A DNA stretch of 63,870 bases, filler included, from Porpidia crustulata (Eukaryota): the NCBI GenBank assembly GCA_964255105.1. It is 12 parts of 12 records of this genome, joined end to end, with 100 filler letters (N's around TTAATTAATTAA, not from the genome) between each part and the next. Parts side by side here need not be neighbours in the genome. Positions count along the whole stretch, not along the records: positions 58,667 to 63,870 come from CAXUWE010001881.1; 11 more parts are not named here. One strand, written 5' to 3'. Made by a program: the position numbers and the translations under genes. The notes under the pieces were generated by a model. The model saw nothing but the letters and a program-made list of their open reading frames with translations. It did no database searches and was not told where the DNA came from. This document shows, piece after piece, positions 61,816 through 63,870 of this stretch; the first letter of the stretch is position 1; every line of letters begins with the position of its first letter.

Positions 61816-63870
61816 ATGTCCTTCTCCGAACCTAGAAACGTTCCAAACTTCACCAGTCATCAACGCCCCTTGGAAGATACAACTTGGCGCAGCTCAGGGC
61901 ACTCAAGAACTCAAAATGGGCACACTCGGTCGGTCATGGGTAGCAAGGTAGACGGGTATTTCGAAAAGCAGCAATTACCCATGTACAAGGACAAACCTTA
62001 CAATTATGCGGCGTCTGGAAGGAGGCAGCCTTTGTACAAGCAGTGGCGGGCCATGCTTGGAATTGTGTGTTTCCTCGTGGGAGTAATATACTGGTTTTTC
62101 TCATCATCGTCGACGCCTACAAAAGTCAAGAGTAAGGGTACAAGTGCATGGGGTTGGATGAGTGGGCCTGGCGCTGCGACTGTGGATTGGGACGATCGAA
62201 GGGAAAGGGTGAAAGAAGCGTTCACGCTCAGCTGGGATGGATACGCGCAGTACGCTTGGGGTATGTCTATCGCTCCGAAGTTCTCTGGAACCTTTGAGCC
62301 CTGGAACCAGCTCTTGGCCAGCTGCATGTGGTACTTCAGGCTCATAGACTGACTTCCTACTCAGGTTTTGATGAGTACCACCCCATCTCAAAGGATGGCA
62401 GCCAGATGAAAGACAAAGGCATGGGATGGATAATTGTAGACGCTCTTGATACCCTAATGATAATGAATCTTACCTCCCGCTTGTCGCATGCTCGAGAATG
62501 GATCTCGACAACTTTGGATTATGACCAAGATCATGAGGTCAACACTTTTGAGACGACAATACGTATGCTGGGAGGACTCCTTTCGGCTCATTACCTATCA
62601 ACCACGTACCCTGACATGGCTCCCTTGGCCGATGATGACAAGGGGGCACCAGGCGAAGACTTGTATCTGGAAAAGGCTGCAGATCTAGCAGACCGCATAC
62701 TTGGCGCTTTTGATTCGGAAAGTGGTATACCGTACGCAAGTGTAAATTTGCACACACTCCACGGAGTTCCCTCCCACGCTGACGATGGGGCGTCGTCTAC
62801 TGCCGAGGCCGCAACGCTTCAATTAGAATTCAAGTATCTCGCAATGCTCACAGGCGAGAAGAATTACTGGGATAGAGTAGAGAGGGTCATGCAAATCATT
62901 GACGATAACGGTATGGAAGACGGCCTTGTCCCGATTTTCATCTATGCAAACTTCGGCCATTTCAGGGGCGACAACATTCGCTTGGGTAGCCGAGGAGACT
63001 CTTATTACGAATACCTCCTGAAACAATACCTCCAAACCTCCAAGCAAGAACCTATCTACCTTGACATGTGGAACCAAGCCCTTGCCGGTGTTCGCAAACA
63101 TCTAATCGCCTATTCCTCCCCTTCCCACTTTACCATTCTCGGCGAACGCCCACACGGACTCTCTGGAGCACTTTCCCCCAAAATGGACCACCTCGTCTGC
63201 TTCATGCCCGGCACTATCGCTCTCGGCGCCACAGGCGGTGCCACAATCGAAGAAGCGAAGTTGGCCGGCAAATGGGGTAAGAAACAAGAAGACGAAATGA
63301 ACCTCGCAATCGAACTGACCAAAACCTGCTGGGGCATGTACAAAGTCACCGCCACCGGCCTCGCGCCCGAAATCACATTCTTCCAAACCACCGACCCGGC
63401 GCACATGGAACAAGACGGCAAGCTCAAAAGCGCCGCCATGGACACCGACGCCTGGAAGCAAGACTATATCGTCAAGCACCAAGACAGCCACAACCTGCAG
63501 CGGCCCGAAACGGTCGAGACCCTCTTCTACATGTGGCGCATCACCGGCGACCCGCTATACCGCGAATGGGGCTGGGACATGTTCAAATCGTACGTGAAAT
63601 ACAGCGCGGCGGCCGACGGCGCCGGCTTCACGTCCGTCAACAACGTCAACGAGATCCCGCCGATCCTGCGCGACAATATGGAGAGCTTCTGGCTCGCCGA
63701 GACGCTCAAGTACTTTTACCTGCTGTTCAGTCCGCGCGAGCTGCTACCGCTCGATCGGGTCGTGATCAATACCGAGGCGCATGTTTTCCCGCGGTTTGAA
63801 TTGATGCGCGGGTTGAAGACGGGGGGGGAGAGGAAGGTGAGGGGGGAGGATGGACGGATTGTGCAGGAAG
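61816..63870 (+). CDS. MNS1: Class I alpha-1,2-mannosidase (GH47, ER Mns1-like, type II membrane); one intron near 62262-62365; 3' truncated
   Basis: N-terminal TM, AWGFDEYHP, IVDALDTL, FETTIRMLGGLLSA, RGDSYYEYLLKQY, MDHLVCF, LQRPETVETL, MESFWLAETLKY, NTEAH. Confidence 0.93.

Overview
Eukaryotic DNA from a filamentous ascomycete (Pezizomycotina), shown by short spliceosomal introns with CTRAC branch sites and by conserved fungal genes. The window is not one locus. It is 12 unrelated ~5.2-kb contigs joined by identical 100-nt artificial spacers (N44-TTAATTAATTAA-N44) in decreasing length order (5252 down to 5204 nt), so synteny across spacers means nothing and many genes are truncated. Recognisable genes: PNGase A, GH72 glucanosyltransferase, a BTB protein, an ABCA transporter, a PQ-loop protein, U2SURP/SR140-like, a HAD hydrolase, MTHFR (MET13), a Cdc25/rhodanese phosphatase, Byr4, XRCC4-like, an MFS transporter, an alpha/beta hydrolase, a LAMTOR2/roadblock-like protein, glyoxalase I, NlpC/P60, Rpt4 and a GH47 mannosidase. 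Most notable: (i) an intron-split DUF3435-type tyrosine recombinase (Starship captain-like) at 25633 to the contig end, with a candidate element boundary just upstream; (ii) an accessory-type contig with a doubly disrupted HET gene divergent from an intronless gene carrying two bacterial/phage-type FG-x-Y/H-x-G domains; (iii) an intron-containing NlpC/P60 peptidoglycan-hydrolase-like gene; (iv) a candidate structured MET13 3' UTR; (v) RIP-like decayed ORFs, two probable GC-AG introns and a possible mitochondrial presequence exon on GLO1. All family calls come from motif recognition by eye, not from database searches.
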